From positions 32,001-96,000 of the forward strand of contig CAVTET010000003.1 in assembly GCA_963733675.1 (NCBI GenBank): 64,000 bases of DNA, in the 5' to 3' direction. Below the pieces are notes generated by a model that worked only from the letters and a program-made list of their open reading frames with translations, was not told the DNA's origin and ran no database searches. Position numbers and translations under genes: made by a program. Position 1 is the first letter of the stretch. Each line of letters starts with the position of its first letter. Of this stretch, positions 22,219-34,260 are shown one piece after another. Source of the DNA: an uncultured Methanosarcinaceae archaeon (GTDB lineage: Archaea > Halobacteriota > Methanosarcinia > Methanosarcinales > Methanosarcinaceae).

Positions 22219-22452
22219 TTAAAGTAGAATTCCTCGCTCAGATGCAAGCAACTCCAACACCTGCATCCGTATTTTGATGAACTCATCCTTTGGTGTACCG
22301 GAAGGATATTTTTTTGCATTGTTAAATTCCCTTATAAGCTCCGTGTTGTTTAGTTTCTTCATACGATTGTGATACGAAGTACGATATGTATTGCTATCTA
22401 TATCGGATTCTTTTGGTATAAACATCACCTTATCTGAGTATATTAGATGCAA
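22219..22452 (-). CDS. hypothetical protein
   Basis: 77-aa ORF with plausible composition; no family recognised. Confidence 0.35.
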   Translation of the reverse strand: MHLIYSDKVMFIPKESDIDSNTYRTSYHNRMKKLNNTELIREFNNAKKYPSGTPKDEFIKIRMQVLELLASERGILL

Positions 22453-22799
22453 TTACTTATAGCTTTATTTTTGACAAAACATGTTTATTTGTGATTATGC
22501 TATCCGACCACATTTTTCCCATTATACTCAAATAAATATAAAGCGGTGTAATAAACTTTTAAAAAGAAAACTGAGATTATTTATTTTTTAAATACAAAAT
22601 AACTTTTTTAATATATATTTTGATTGGGGGAACAACAGCACAATATCTGATCTAGAAAACTGGACTCATTAGCTATTAAAAATTTAGTTAAGTTTTGAGG
22701 AAATTAATCTCTTTTTTTTATATCAATGCTTTTAAACAACTTTTCACGATAAAGGTTTCAGCTATTTAATGTTCAATTCTACCATCTAAATAATATTTT

Positions 22800-22994
22800 T
22801 TAATCCTCTACGAGTTCTATTGCGTTTGTAGGGCAGATCTCTACGCACTGTCCACACTCGGTACAGTCTTCAGGGCGTGCTACAAATGCCCTTTTTCCTT
22901 CTATTGATTCTTCAGCATCAAACACGCCCGCGGGGCAAACACCATAGCATTCTAGTAAACCTACACATTTACTATAATCAATCTTTGGATGCAC
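22800..22994 (-). CDS. small ferredoxin (4Fe-4S dicluster type)
   Basis: GTG start, HPKIDYSKCVGLLECYGVCP and CTECGQCVEICP motifs. Confidence 0.85.
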   Translation of the reverse strand: MHPKIDYSKCVGLLECYGVCPAGVFDAEESIEGKRAFVARPEDCTECGQCVEICPTNAIELVED

Positions 22995-23022
22995 TATTTT
23001 CACCACTTTTAAGAATTTAGAT

Positions 23023-23214
23023 TTAGCCTTCAACAGGTTCGATAGCATCTTTAGTACAAGCTTCCACGCACTGCTTGCATTTTATGCAATTTTCCGGGCA
23101 GGCCACACTGCCTTTTTTAACCTATCAATTTTTCAATATCAAAAATTTCTACAAAGACAGATTCATGGCAAACAAGTGCCCTTTATATTTATTATAATCA
23201 ATTCCTGGATACAT
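23023..23214 (-). pseudogene. tandem ferredoxin paralogue, frameshifted
   Basis: Begins MYPGIDYNK; later frame gives ENCIKCKQCVEACTKDAIEPVEG-stop; internal stops. Confidence 0.75.
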
Positions 23215-23607
23215 TTTTTCCCTATATTTCGAGCTCCCAATGAACTAAAATACCTCAAATTCTGGTACTGGTATAAGTTAGTACGTTACTGTTCAGATTT
23301 TCATTGAATTTTTGCATTAACATTCTTGTAGCTTCGCTATAAGACACTGGCACATCCAGTAGGACATGCGCTATTGAACTAAGAAATCTAGAACTTACGC
23401 ACTTCAGGATCAAAATAAAGCACAATATTTATTCAAATTCATTATTCAGGCAGTTTAACTGCATAGATTCTAAAATAAATAAATTGTAAACCTTAAACTA
23501 CCGAAATTACAATATTTATGGTAGATCTATTCATTATTTATTTTGCGCCTCAAGCACCTGAGTCCTAATTATAGAAGAAATATCTACCATCTTCCAAGAT
23601 GGAAAAA

Positions 23608-23943
23608 TCAGGCTGCTTTACCATTATTGCAAAAATACATTATTGTATTTGCATGCTCCAGACAATTCTCTTCCCAGACAGAACAGGTTTTACAAATGCA
23701 ATCTCTGTTAGGGTCTAAGTCGCTGCAGGTAGCAGTACCTGATGAACAGTAGATTCCAGGAACCTTGTGAGGCTCTGGAACTTCATCTTTTCCTAAACTT
23801 TTCATTTCATTTTTTAAGTTTCCAATTTTGTCCAATGTGCAAACACTGTCAGCTTGGACAGGACACTGTGGACACATGCATCTTTCGATATTTGTTACAG
23901 CATAAGGAACTTTTACTTCTCCAGATGTATCCATTTCACTCAT
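23608..23943 (-). CDS. DUF2769-type Cys-rich protein
   Basis: CMCPQCP, YCSSGTATC, CICKTCSVW, YFC pattern. Confidence 0.75.
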   Translation of the reverse strand: MSEMDTSGEVKVPYAVTNIERCMCPQCPVQADSVCTLDKIGNLKNEMKSLGKDEVPEPHKVPGIYCSSGTATCSDLDPNRDCICKTCSVWEENCLEHANTIMYFCNNGKAA

Positions 23944-24450
23944 TTTATTCCCTCTAAAATTTATTTTTAATTACACTTACTTAGTGATAGATGTGAAACT
24001 CTTATCTGTTCACTTTGAGCTACAAAGTACAATTATTATCTTCTTCGTTATTTTAAATTAATTCTACAAAAAGTAGTTTCTGAATAAAAATTACTTTCCC
24101 ATAAAATGTTTTAGAATCGAACAATAGTGTTATATTAACTATGTTTTTATTACTCTAGAGGATATTCACAAATTCAACACTGATATTTTTTTTCTAAAAA
24201 GGCAATGCAGATTCATCTAGGATCGTATTCTAGCTTTGAAAGGGTTTGTACGAGCAATTATCAATACATAAGATTAAAATAAAGATTTTTAAATTTAGAG
24301 TCTGGTCCTTGTATTATTGAATAAATTTGAAAAAAAATAATTACAGCCAAAATTTGTGTGGAACTGTAGAGAGAGTCTAATGAACACAGTTATCAACAAT
24401 TTATGGATACGAGCCACATTCTATTGGACGTAGAATCAATTAGAAAAAGG

Positions 24451-25307
24451 GGTTCCGTTGCAAAAAATCCTTTCTAATTGATACAATAGAATAAAAAGAA
24501 AACCAAAGATAGTAACATGCTATCTAATTCCTTTAAATGGAAGCATTATGAAGGGGAAATTATCTTATTGAATGTAAGATGGTACTTAAAATATGCATTA
24601 AGTTATAGAAATTTAAAGGAAATGATGGCAGAAAGGGGAGTAAAAGTCGACAATACAACAATCATGAGATGGGTACATCAATATTCCCCTGAAATAGAAA
24701 AGAAGATAAGAAGACATTTAAGACCAACAAATGATTCGTGGAGAGTTGATGAAACCTATATCAAAGTAAAAGGTAAATGGAAATATTTTTACCGAGCAGT
24801 TGACTCAAATGGAGATACAATTGATTTCATGTTAAGTTCAAAACGAGATAGAAAGGCAGCGAAGAGATTCTTTAAGAAAGCTTTAAGTTCTAATCATAAT
24901 CAAATTCCAAGATTAATAACCGTTGATAAGAATCCAGCTTATCCACCTGCTATAGATAAACTAAAAATTGATAAAAATACTACCTAAAAACATAGGCATT
25001 CGACAAATCAAGTATTTGAATAACATTATAGAACAAGATCACAGATCTATAAAGAGAATCGTTAATCCAATGTTAGGATTTCAGTCTTTTCGATCTGCTA
25101 ATAAGACTTTAAAAGGAATTGAAGCTATAAATATGATCAAAAAAGGACAAGTAATCGATTTAAATTACTCTGTTCTTAATGAAGTCAAATACATTAATCA
25201 ATTATTTGGTATAGTTTTATAATGTTAGTACATTTTCCTTGAATGTTTTGATTTTTATTAATCACTTATAGATTTACATATTTTGTTGAAGTTTTTGCAA
25301 CGGAACC
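24451..25307 (+). mobile_element. IS6-family insertion sequence, copy 2 (frameshifted transposase)
   Basis: Both IRs present; an extra A in the A-run at ~24973 splits the transposase into 24517-24987 and 24968-25222. Confidence 0.93.
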
Positions 25308-25600
25308 GTATAAAGCACAGAATTCTGGACTAATAGCAGAATATGTGAATCTGGGTTATACATCCAAGGTTTGTTACCGGTGTAACCATATCTCTAAAAA
25401 AATAGAAATGGAATGAAGTCCCTGTTTGATACTTGTGGTTTTGAACTTAATGTCGATTTGAATGGCGCGAGAAACATAGAACATAGAACCTGAGACTATA
25501 GGTATATCTATCAGTGTGTCTGTCAACTACTCACACGGATAAATACGATCTGATTTATCGTGGATATCCATGCCTGATACTTCAGTGGTAGGTAGTTGAC
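25308..25600 (+). mobile_element. 3' remnant of IS605/IS1341 tnpB with right-end hairpin
   Basis: YTSKVCYRCNH ... CGFELNVDLNGARNI (TnpB zinc-finger/RuvC-III), then CTGTCAACTAC/GTAGTTGACAG stem. Confidence 0.75.
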
Positions 25601-25768
25601 AGCAGTTACAACAATATAGTTAGATTATGTTGCATTATTTACTTCTAACAGCATTCTTTACTTTTTAGTTAAATGTATGTTTTATTATTCTGCTAAAGCA
25701 CATGCATAGGATTCTTGATTGCTAAATTGTATCATCACCAAAACTTCATGTTATAAATATATTTTCCT

Positions 25769-27322
25769 CTAATCAAATGGATCATAAACAGGAGCATAAA
25801 TTCTAATTATATTATTACTGAAGCTTTCAGTAGGGAATATAGGTGTTGATAAATGTGACTCTGATTTGGAGGCAGACCATGTATTCCCATCAGGGCCTAT
25901 ATTTATCCGATTTCCGTTGGGTTGCGGTTCATTTGAATAATCTGATGAAGGATATCCGGCATCTATGCACGGAGAACTTATGATGTCATTTACCCAGCCA
26001 CTTCCATCCCAGCGACCTGCTTTTGATTTCAGATGATAATCGTGTTTATCCCCGTCTGCGTATTGAGGGTTTGCTTCTATATCTAAAGATGATGGATTAA
26101 CACCTATATAGTTGCCTCCTGTATTGTTGTAGAAACAGTTGTTCTGTAAGACAAAAGAGTGTGTGTCTGTAAGTAGGTTGCATATCCCATAACCATCTCT
26201 TCCGCCTTCTAATTTCCGAGTATTCGTTATTATGTCATTTCTTATTGTAATCACAAACCCTGAGCCAGCTGGGGTCTGAAAATAGTCATTATCCTGCGCA
26301 ATACCCACTCCATATGCTCCATCGATTACGTTGTTTTCAATTAGGGCATTGAATCCATCGGACACGATTCCGCCTCTTATTTTGCCACTGGACGCAGTTC
26401 CGGTATCATATATCCGGTTATGATGAATATGGACATTTGCGGATGCTATGGGATATGAAGCTGATCCGAACATCCAGATTCCTGCATGCGCAGTTTCGTA
26501 TATTACGTTATTATATACCTCGATATCATCCATAGATGGAAAACTAAACTTCTGGATTTCGATCCCTACCCCTCCGTAACCTTTTGATGTGATAATATTG
26601 TCGTGGAAATTCACGTGATTTGTATTAAAGATTCTTAGTCCACTGTTTGTCCTGCATGTTATCTTATTATTATAAGCCTCCACATTTGAGCAGTGACTGG
26701 AATATAAAGCATCATGGCCTAATAAATAGGCTTCATTGTTATAGAATTTTATGACAGAGCAATTGTCAGTCTTTAAGCCATCTCCGTGGTTATTGGTCAG
26801 ATACATATCATGTACATTGATATTTTTACAGTTACTCAAATGGATGATATTGTAGTAGCCTTTTCCACTATCAACATTAGTATTGACTTCTCTGTTCCCA
26901 TCAATTGCAAAGCCCCAAATATTAATATCATGGCTATTAGAGTTTTTTTCCTTAATCATCGGCTGCCTGTTTATCCAGTTTGCATTACCTACAAGTTTAA
27001 TTGTTGCATTGGAATCTCCTGCCAGAGTTGTACAGCTGCTGATAAGGATAGTATCATTGATTAAGTATGTGAAGGGGCCCTTGATATAGACAGTTGTATA
27101 TTCTGGATTGTCTGCAATAAACTGAAGAGCCTGGTTGATCGGTATTTGATTACTTGTTGCATTACAATTAAAATCACCACTGCCATCGCCTGCAACATAG
27201 ACTATTGGTGCATGTGTCGTGCACAAAGCGGAATGAATAGGCGCAAATATAAGGAAGCCTACAATGAACAATATTTTTAACTTTCTATTCAACAGATCTA
27301 TCCCCCCATAGATTATCTGCAA
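25769..27322 (-). CDS. secreted right-handed beta-helix (pectin-lyase-like/disaggregatase-related) surface protein, C-terminal PKD part decayed
   Basis: Signal-like N-terminus, VYVAGDGSGDFNC, beta-helix repeats, DYHLKSKAGRW..SPCIDAG; PKD fragments SFGDDT, KNPMH, SNYIVVT at ~25605-25768. Confidence 0.8.
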   Translation of the reverse strand: MQIIYGGIDLLNRKLKILFIVGFLIFAPIHSALCTTHAPIVYVAGDGSGDFNCNATSNQIPINQALQFIADNPEYTTVYIKGPFTYLINDTILISSCTTLAGDSNATIKLVGNANWINRQPMIKEKNSNSHDINIWGFAIDGNREVNTNVDSGKGYYNIIHLSNCKNINVHDMYLTNNHGDGLKTDNCSVIKFYNNEAYLLGHDALYSSHCSNVEAYNNKITCRTNSGLRIFNTNHVNFHDNIITSKGYGGVGIEIQKFSFPSMDDIEVYNNVIYETAHAGIWMFGSASYPIASANVHIHHNRIYDTGTASSGKIRGGIVSDGFNALIENNVIDGAYGVGIAQDNDYFQTPAGSGFVITIRNDIITNTRKLEGGRDGYGICNLLTDTHSFVLQNNCFYNNTGGNYIGVNPSSLDIEANPQYADGDKHDYHLKSKAGRWDGSGWVNDIISSPCIDAGYPSSDYSNEPQPNGNRINIGPDGNTWSASKSESHLSTPIFPTESFSNNIIRIYAPVYDPFD

Positions 27323-28019
27323 GTTGAAATTATATGCTACTATTTCCTCAGCTCAACTGCTCAAGTTCAAAAAAAGTATAAGATTAAAATGGATAATGGA
27401 TATTAGAGAACAAATAGGGATTTTTGAAAAATCCAAAATTTTTCTGGTGGTCTAATCTCCCTTATAGAGCCTAATGACATATATTACCTTTCTCAAATCC
27501 AGACGGAAGTCTCCTTGGTCAAGATATAAGCAACTATCTCAGAGTTAAGTTTGCTTTTCCTTGTAACCCGCTTCATAAATATATCCAGTGGATTTATTTT
27601 CAAGTTTTATTGCCCTAATTTTTTCAATCACTGAGAGTAGAATGATTAATATTCTTTAATGTCCTTCTTGTGACCACAGGCATCTCCTTTGTAATCTTTA
27701 TTTTCTGAATATCAAGGAACATTTCATTGGATATTGATTTAGGTAACTGGATACTTCCATTTTTGGCTAGGTTCTTACCTAGTCAAAAATGTCCTTTTCC
27801 CAAGGTCTGAAAGTCGGTTGATCAGTTGAACAAACTTTAATTTGAGTTAAGTCTAAATATTTTTTTATCTTAGACTAACTACCCCATTTTCATGTTTCTC
27901 CGCACTGTAAAGTTTTTTTATGCTTTAACTTTGATATAATTATGCTATACTCACCATAAATATTTATCTCAATGAGCTAACATTATTTTGATAGTATCTT
28001 GGATTTTTTGGTGATCAGG

Positions 28020-28148
28020 AATTAAGCAGATATTCAAAGATGTAAAATTTATTTGCCTATTTGGTCATCATTATTCATTGAAAATTAGATTAATTTTCAA
28101 GCTACTATCAGATTGAAAAAAAAGATGGCTTTTTGATACCGTGGAAAT
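28020..28148. repeat. ~140-bp MITE-like repeat, family A (degenerate)
   Basis: TATTTGGTCATCATTATTCATTGAAAATTAGATTAATTTTCAAG core. Confidence 0.6.
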
Positions 28149-28287
28149 CTACAATGTTTTCATCAAATATTGAGGATTGTCTATCTTCCAGTTTTTTGTA
28201 GCTGCTTTTGCATCTCCTTCAAAGGAAAATATTATCTTCTTTAGTTATTTGAGATCTTTCTGATTTTCCATAATCACTCACTTGAAT

Positions 28288-28401
28288 TTCTTCCAATCGA
28301 ATATCCCAAAGCTTGTTGTGGGGACGGAAACCTCCACGAGAACCGTTATCACATAAATGATTTCTATTTAAGCTACCTTTACATTATAAAAATGGGACTA
28401 A
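28288..28401 (+). mobile_element. 5' end of an IS200-like element interrupted by IS5
   Basis: End motif ATCGAATATCCCAAAGCTTGTTGTGGGGACGGAAAC..AACCGTT, then ATG GGA CTA A matching the tnpA start (ATG GAA CTA AGA) of the 41172-41790 copy. Confidence 0.6.
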
Positions 28402-29274
28402 GAGCCTATCCGAAAAATAATATCTTTCAATTTAAGATCATGTGTGGTAATGACAAAACGGAAAATTGTTCAGGACTACGAACTTTCTGAAGATTATTGG
28501 AAAAAAATAGAACCTTTACTACCTGTACCTAAGCCAAAAAAGAAGTCTGGAAGACCTAGAAAGGGTGATAGGAAAATAATGAGTGGCATTTTCTATCTCC
28601 TTGTTACTGGTTGCTAATGGAAAGCATTGCCACGATTTTATGGAGCTCCAAGCACTGTACAGGATAGATTTCAGGAATGGCAACTATCAGGCTTATTTGA
28701 GAGCATGTGGATGGCTGGTCTTGTTGAGTATGATTTCGAAAAAGGATTAGAATGGGAATGACAATCAATTGATGGTGCTATGACAAAAGCACCATTAGAT
28801 GGAGCTGGAACAGGAGCCAATCCTACTGATCGTGGCAAAAAAGATACAAAAAGGAATGTTTTAACTGATGGTAAAGGCATACCACTTTCTGTTGTCGTGG
28901 ATGGAGCCAATCGTCACGATAAAAAGCTTGTGAAAAGGACTTTAGACGCCATATTCTTTGAAAGACCTTCTCCAAAAAACATAATTCAGAATATATGCAT
29001 GGATAAGGGTTATGATTTCATCGATATCAGAAAATTGGTTGAAGAATATGGTTATACTGCGCATATCAAAAGTCGTGGAGAAGAAAACATAAGAAGAGAC
29101 ATACCTGGTTTTAGAGCAAGAAGATGGATTGTAGAAAGGACACATTCTTGGCTGAATAGATTCAGAAGACTCTTTATAAGATGGGAAAAGAAAATTGAAA
29201 ATTACCAATTACTATCCTACATTTAGCGTGCGCATTGATAACATTCAGATCAGCAGGACTTTTCGGATAGCCTC
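28402..29274 (+). mobile_element. IS5-family (IS1031-like) element, copy 2, defective
   Basis: IRs GAGCCTATCCGAAAA / TTTTCGGATAGCCTC; ORF from ATG 28450 with TAA at ~28615 and TGA at 28759; DKGYD and RWIVERTHSWL motifs. Confidence 0.9.
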
Positions 29275-29790
29275 TTAGTTGGATTAAAATAAAAAGGTTT
29301 ACTGAAGCTGCATTATAAACCTTTCAAAGACTATATAAGTATCAAAATAAATGGTTCAATTACAAGCGAGAATATTTTTCATACAGTTATAGTATGAAAA
29401 ACAGCATAATTAGATTCAATCTATCTCGAAACGGTACAAAAATGTTACGTGAGAAACATTCATACGTAATAATCTCAAAAAACTAGATATTTAAGAGCTT
29501 ATCAAAGAGAATGAGAGAATTCTTCTTCAAAATCCAATAAAAGCCCTGAAAACATGTAAGTGCTATGAATAAGCTGTTGATTACTCAAATGATCCTTATT
29601 GCAGCAAAACAGATTCATCTATAAAAGACACTTAATACCTGAAAATGTTGCAAAGTCAAGCTAAAAGAAATTTATTTTTTCGGGAAAGTCCTTTTATATT
29701 TCTTTTTTAATCCACAATTCTTTTTCGACTTCTCCACGACAAGATATTTTATTCAATTATCTTTAAATTTTTTTTATTCCACTCCATTTT

Positions 29791-29810
29791 CAAAAAGATT
29801 ATATATATAA
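29791..29810 (+). promoter_or_regulatory. putative BRE/TATA promoter of the cfb cluster
   Basis: Purine-rich CAAAAAG followed by TTATATAT about 85 nt upstream of cfbA. Confidence 0.4.
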
Positions 29811-29888
29811 TCCTAACTATGGTAAACTCGTAAATGTTACAAATTCGAATAATTGTGTTAAGCCCAAACTAAAATTGAGGTTTCAAAA

Positions 29889-30281
29889 ATGACAGAAAAA
29901 CTCGGAATTCTGGCCATAGGCCATGGGAGCAAACTGCCTTACAATAAAGAAGTAGTCACTCAAATAGCAGATCACATAGCTCAGAAACACTCTAATATCA
30001 TCGTCAGAGCCGGTTTCATGGAAAACAGTGAACCAACACTGGAAAAAGCAATCGAAGGCTTTTCAGGGACTGGAGTGACAAAAGTAGCAGCAGTTCCGGT
30101 TTTCCTGGCTTCTGGAGTTCATATTACAAAGGACATTCCTGAGATCCTAAAACTGGACCAAAAAGGCTGTGGAAATCTGACAATTGATGGAAAGCCAGTT
30201 CCTGTGTGCTATGCAAAGCCTCTAGGAGCTGATGAAATGATTGCTGACCTCGTTTTCAAGAGAGCCCAGGAAGTCCTGTAA
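29889..30281 (+). CDS. cfbA: sirohydrochlorin nickelochelatase
   Basis: CbiX-S type [28 protein letters not shown]; heads the F430 cluster. Confidence 0.95.
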   Translation: MTEKLGILAIGHGSKLPYNKEVVTQIADHIAQKHSNIIVRAGFMENSEPTLEKAIEGFSGTGVTKVAAVPVFLASGVHITKDIPEILKLDQKGCGNLTIDGKPVPVCYAKPLGADEMIADLVFKRAQEVL

Positions 30282-30307
30282 GCTCATACCAAGGTCCGGT
30301 TTTATTC

Positions 30308-31807
30308 ATGGACCTTTACCAAAAGAAGCTTGCCGTGCTAGATCTGATCCACGGTGGCATACCTATAGCAAAAAAACTTGCAACCCTTGGGTGTGAAGTA
30401 ACCGGAGTAGACGTCTATGGGACAGTGGATCCAGGACTGCTGATCGAGCTTGAGAAAAAAAACGGCATATACTGTTCAAAAAATTCTCTCCCTTCTTTTG
30501 GATTCGATCTCCTAGTAGCGCCAGTACACCTGGATTCTGCTTATCCAATGCTTTCAGAAGCCAGATCAAACGGAAAAAAAATCATATCACATCATGAAAT
30601 AGTTGGAAAAATACTCAAAAATGACTCAAGACTCTCTGGCATAAAAACAATCGAAATTACTGGAGTCAAAGCAAAAACAAGCACTGCATCTCTACTTGCT
30701 GATATACTTTCCAGGAAGTTTGATATAGCGTTGCATACGTCCAGGGGACTTGAAATCTGGAAAGGGGGGATTTCATCGCTGATATACAGGGGCTTGAGCA
30801 TAACACCTGGAAATATTCTTGTTGCAGTGGAAAAAATTTTTGAAATCGGATTTAGGCCGGATTTTTTCATCTTCGAAATCTCTATTGGGGGAACGGGAAA
30901 TGCAGATATTGGAATCCTGACAACCCTTTCTCCAGACTATCTAATTGGAAACAATACTTCCCTTGCCAGCGAGGCAAAGCTCCAGCTTGTGAGGGACGCG
31001 AAACCCGGAAGTACTCTTATCCTCAACGCAGGAGCCAAAAAAGCCCTTGAGATCACAAAAGATATTCAAGCAAAGGTTTTAACATTCAAAGACCCCTTTG
31101 ATGTGGAGATTCTCGAAAATACAGATAAAATTGCTGACTTTGCACTAGAAAAAAGAAAATATACTGAATTACAATCAATTTCTTCAAACTTGTCAACATC
31201 ACCAGTGCCATCAAAATTACCGGAATTACCAGTAGCTCCGACATCCTCAGGCTCTCTCCTTAATTTGATGCGTATGGAGAATGAAATATTCTCAGCTTCC
31301 TTGCTTGCTGGGTACAATATTTCGGCTTACATGACAGCTTTCATAGCAGCGTCTGCAGCGGCTCTTGAGCTTGGAGTCGAATGTGAGGCAATTGTTTTGG
31401 TTCTTGAGGGATTCAGGGGACTACTAGGCAGGATGCAAGAAAGGGAGTTTAACGGTATAACCCTGATAGATAATTCCAATTCGGGGATGGATATTCTTTC
31501 GGCCGAGAAAGCATTTGAATATGCCCTCCTGAAGAAAAAAGATGAAAAAAAGATAGGAGGCATCATCTTTATCCTTGGTGAAGAAGCCTCTCAGGTCTGC
31601 GAGGGACTACACCCTGCAGCAGTACAAGATCTAGTGAAAAAATTAGGCATGAAATATAAACAAATTATCCTGGTTGGAGAACGGATGAAAGCAATAGTTG
31701 CCAAGAATGCCTTTTATGCAGCCAGTCTTCCTGAAGGACTCGCGAAAGCTTCTGAACTTGCAAGGAAAGATGATATAATACTATCTTCGGTAAAGTGCTT
31801 CCGTTAG
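30308..31807 (+). CDS. cfbE: coenzyme F430 synthetase (Mur-ligase-like)
   Basis: [25 protein letters not shown]...IDNSNSG, QVCEG, SVKCFR. Confidence 0.93.
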   Translation: MDLYQKKLAVLDLIHGGIPIAKKLATLGCEVTGVDVYGTVDPGLLIELEKKNGIYCSKNSLPSFGFDLLVAPVHLDSAYPMLSEARSNGKKIISHHEIVGKILKNDSRLSGIKTIEITGVKAKTSTASLLADILSRKFDIALHTSRGLEIWKGGISSLIYRGLSITPGNILVAVEKIFEIGFRPDFFIFEISIGGTGNADIGILTTLSPDYLIGNNTSLASEAKLQLVRDAKPGSTLILNAGAKKALEITKDIQAKVLTFKDPFDVEILENTDKIADFALEKRKYTELQSISSNLSTSPVPSKLPELPVAPTSSGSLLNLMRMENEIFSASLLAGYNISAYMTAFIAASAAALELGVECEAIVLVLEGFRGLLGRMQEREFNGITLIDNSNSGMDILSAEKAFEYALLKKKDEKKIGGIIFILGEEASQVCEGLHPAAVQDLVKKLGMKYKQIILVGERMKAIVAKNAFYAASLPEGLAKASELARKDDIILSSVKCFR

Positions 31808-32213
31808 AGATTTCCTTTGTGAAATATTCGTTGTGAGATTCTGATTCTAAGTATTAAACGCCAGAAAAAAGGGGGCTGAATATGGTTTTATTTCAGGACG
31901 AAGATATTTTCCCGAGATTTATATGATACAATTTTATACAGGCTCTTCCAATCTGTATCCATTTCTATCGCTTGATTTAATTCCAGTTGATTGATATTTC
32001 TCTCGATTAAACCTCAATTGATCTTATTCACATATCTTTCTTCCATTATGAGCTATTGTCCAAATTTAGAAGAACATAATAGCTTCTATGGAAAAATCAG
32101 AATCAGCCCCACATTCATCATAAGCCGAGTTTTCATTACTAGAAAATGTAATTAGAAGATTTATCATTAAGATAATTTGCAGTTAAGATGATTTATCGCT
32201 AAGAGGATTTTTC

Positions 32214-33326
32214 ATGACTAGAAAAGAGATTTTGATCATTCATCCCCGTCCGAGTTCCATTGTTGCTGCTCTTTACACTCTCAGAGACTTAAATATCGAT
32301 GTAGCTATAATGCATGGGCCCTCAGGCTGTTCTTTCAAACATGCGAGGCTGCTCGAAGAAGACGGAATACATGTTGTCACCACAGGCCTTGAAGAGAACA
32401 GTTTTGTTTTTGGAGGACACGAGCGACTTGTAAAGCTGATAAAAAGGTCCATCGAACTCTTCAATCCCAAAGTCATCGGAGTTGTCGGAACTTGTGCCAG
32501 CATGATCATTGGAGAAGAAATGCATGAAGCTGTTCTCGAGGCGAACCCTGGAGTCCCAGTAATTGAGGTTGAAGTGCATGCAGGTTACCCTGACAACACT
32601 AAAGGGGTACTCTATGCCCTGGAATCCGCACTCAATGCAGGGATTATAGATCATAAAGAGTTCGAGCGCCAGGAATACCTCCTGGAAAAAGCCACAGACG
32701 TTGAAAAGAGATTTGGAGCAGCGAGCAGGGAATATCTTGCTCCCTCCCGCGGAGATATCAAATATAAGGTCGCTAAGCGAGTAATTCAACTTCTTAAGGA
32801 AGGTAAAAAGGGCCTGATCATCATGAATGCTAAGAAGGAAACTGGCTACATGTTTGCAGACATTACCCTTGCAGTCAACGAAGTTGCAGCAGCTTTCAGG
32901 ACACATAAAAATCTCATAAATATGGCAAATATCGATCCCGTACTCGGGCTTCCGAGGGTCAGACAACATGCAGAATACATAATGCGGGATCTGAAAGCCC
33001 ATGGAGTTGAAGTGCATGAAATCATTGGAGGAATGGATGAATATCCTATAGCAGGGGAAAAGGTAAGTGAATTGATAAAGGACAAATATGGTGCCTACGA
33101 TTTTGCGGTAATCACAGGCGTTCCACATGCTATACCGATGGAGAACATAAGACATATGGAGTTAATTTCAATTACCAACGGTCCAAGGCAGGTTCTGCCC
33201 TTGAAAGAGATGGGACATGAACATGTTCTGGTTGAAATGGATCTTCACCCGAAAACCCTGGGAGTCAGCAAAATAGTAGAATCCGAATTTGGAGCCACCT
33301 TAAGGGAAATTGCAAAGGAGGCCTAA
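32214..33326 (+). CDS. cfbD: Ni-sirohydrochlorin a,c-diamide reductive cyclase catalytic subunit (NifD-like)
   Basis: [42 protein letters not shown]. Confidence 0.95.
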   Translation: MTRKEILIIHPRPSSIVAALYTLRDLNIDVAIMHGPSGCSFKHARLLEEDGIHVVTTGLEENSFVFGGHERLVKLIKRSIELFNPKVIGVVGTCASMIIGEEMHEAVLEANPGVPVIEVEVHAGYPDNTKGVLYALESALNAGIIDHKEFERQEYLLEKATDVEKRFGAASREYLAPSRGDIKYKVAKRVIQLLKEGKKGLIIMNAKKETGYMFADITLAVNEVAAAFRTHKNLINMANIDPVLGLPRVRQHAEYIMRDLKAHGVEVHEIIGGMDEYPIAGEKVSELIKDKYGAYDFAVITGVPHAIPMENIRHMELISITNGPRQVLPLKEMGHEHVLVEMDLHPKTLGVSKIVESEFGATLREIAKEA

Positions 33327-33363
33327 GATAAAAGGGTCAGAATAAAACCAGGAGGAAGATTAT

Positions 33364-34161
33364 TTGAAAAATCAAAAAATCATAGCAATCTATGGGAAAG
33401 GTGGCATAGGCAAGTCGAGTACGGCTTCAAATGTTGCAGCTGCCTGTGCAGAAGCAGGAAATAAAGTTATGATCATAGGCTGTGATCCTAAAAGTGACTC
33501 TTCCATCACCCTGCTTAGAGGCATGAGAATTCCAACCATCCTTGACCTTCTGCGTGATGGTATGGATGTAAAGGAAGAAAATGTGGTTTTTGAAGGTTAT
33601 GCAGGAGTAAAGTGCGTGGAAACAGGCGGTCCGGAGCCAGGCATAGGCTGTGCAGGACGCGGAATTATTGTTGCTATCCAGAAACTAAAAAGCATCTCTG
33701 GTGACCTCTTAAAAGAGCAGGACCTCATCATTTATGATGTTCCTGGAGACATTGTATGTGGCGGTTTTGTGGCCCCTATCAGGAAAGGTTTTGTAAATGA
33801 GACTTATATAATGACATCTGGGGAATATATGCCCCTTTATGCAGCAAATAACATCTGCAAGGGTCTTTCTAAGATAGGAATGCCTCTGAGCGGGATAATA
33901 TGCAATTCTAGAAATGCAAGCAGGGAAGAAGAAATCGTAGCTAAGTTTGCTGAGGAAATTTGCAGCCAACTAATGGCTTTTATTCCAAAAAAGCGTATAG
34001 TTCAGGACTGTGAAAGAGAAGGCTATTCAGTAATGGAAAAGGCACAGGATTCAGATATTGCCGAAATCTACCGCAAGCTTGGAAAAACAATTCTCGAAAA
34101 CGAAAAAAGAAATATAGCTGACTCTCTGAGCGACAAGAGATTGAGAGAATTAACTAAATAA
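33364..34161 (+). CDS. cfbC: Ni-sirohydrochlorin a,c-diamide reductive cyclase reductase subunit (NifH-like)
   Basis: [37 protein letters not shown]; RBS GGAGG. Confidence 0.95.
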   Translation: MKNQKIIAIYGKGGIGKSSTASNVAAACAEAGNKVMIIGCDPKSDSSITLLRGMRIPTILDLLRDGMDVKEENVVFEGYAGVKCVETGGPEPGIGCAGRGIIVAIQKLKSISGDLLKEQDLIIYDVPGDIVCGGFVAPIRKGFVNETYIMTSGEYMPLYAANNICKGLSKIGMPLSGIICNSRNASREEEIVAKFAEEICSQLMAFIPKKRIVQDCEREGYSVMEKAQDSDIAEIYRKLGKTILENEKRNIADSLSDKRLRELTK

Positions 34162-34260
34162 GCTGCATTAACAAGTAGACTGTGAAATTATTTAAGTTAC
34201 AATAACCTCCATGGAAAAGAATTCTCAGGCAAAAAAAGAATTCCAAGGGTGTAGAAAAGC

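Noticed and set aside
24960-24990. Programmed frameshift in IS6 copy 2
   Set aside because: The other two copies lack the extra A and have a single ORF, so this is a homopolymer indel (mutation or sequencing error).
31805-31830. Pyrrolysine readthrough at TAG-ending genes (cfbE, first KaiC-like ATPase, YkgJ, beta-helix protein)
   Set aside because: Where checked (cfbE, beta-helix gene) another stop follows within a few codons. The others already end at plausible family C-termini, and no conserved domain continues in frame.
32322-33155. Long antisense ORFs (e.g. 277 aa opposite cfbD, 178 aa opposite cca, 152 aa at 7751-8209)
   Set aside because: These are shadow frames of well-supported genes with no recognisable motifs.
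32214-34161. Nitrogenase (nifH/nifD) call
   Set aside because: The flanking chelatase, Mur-ligase-like and amidase genes and the absence of nifK identify these as cfbC/cfbD.
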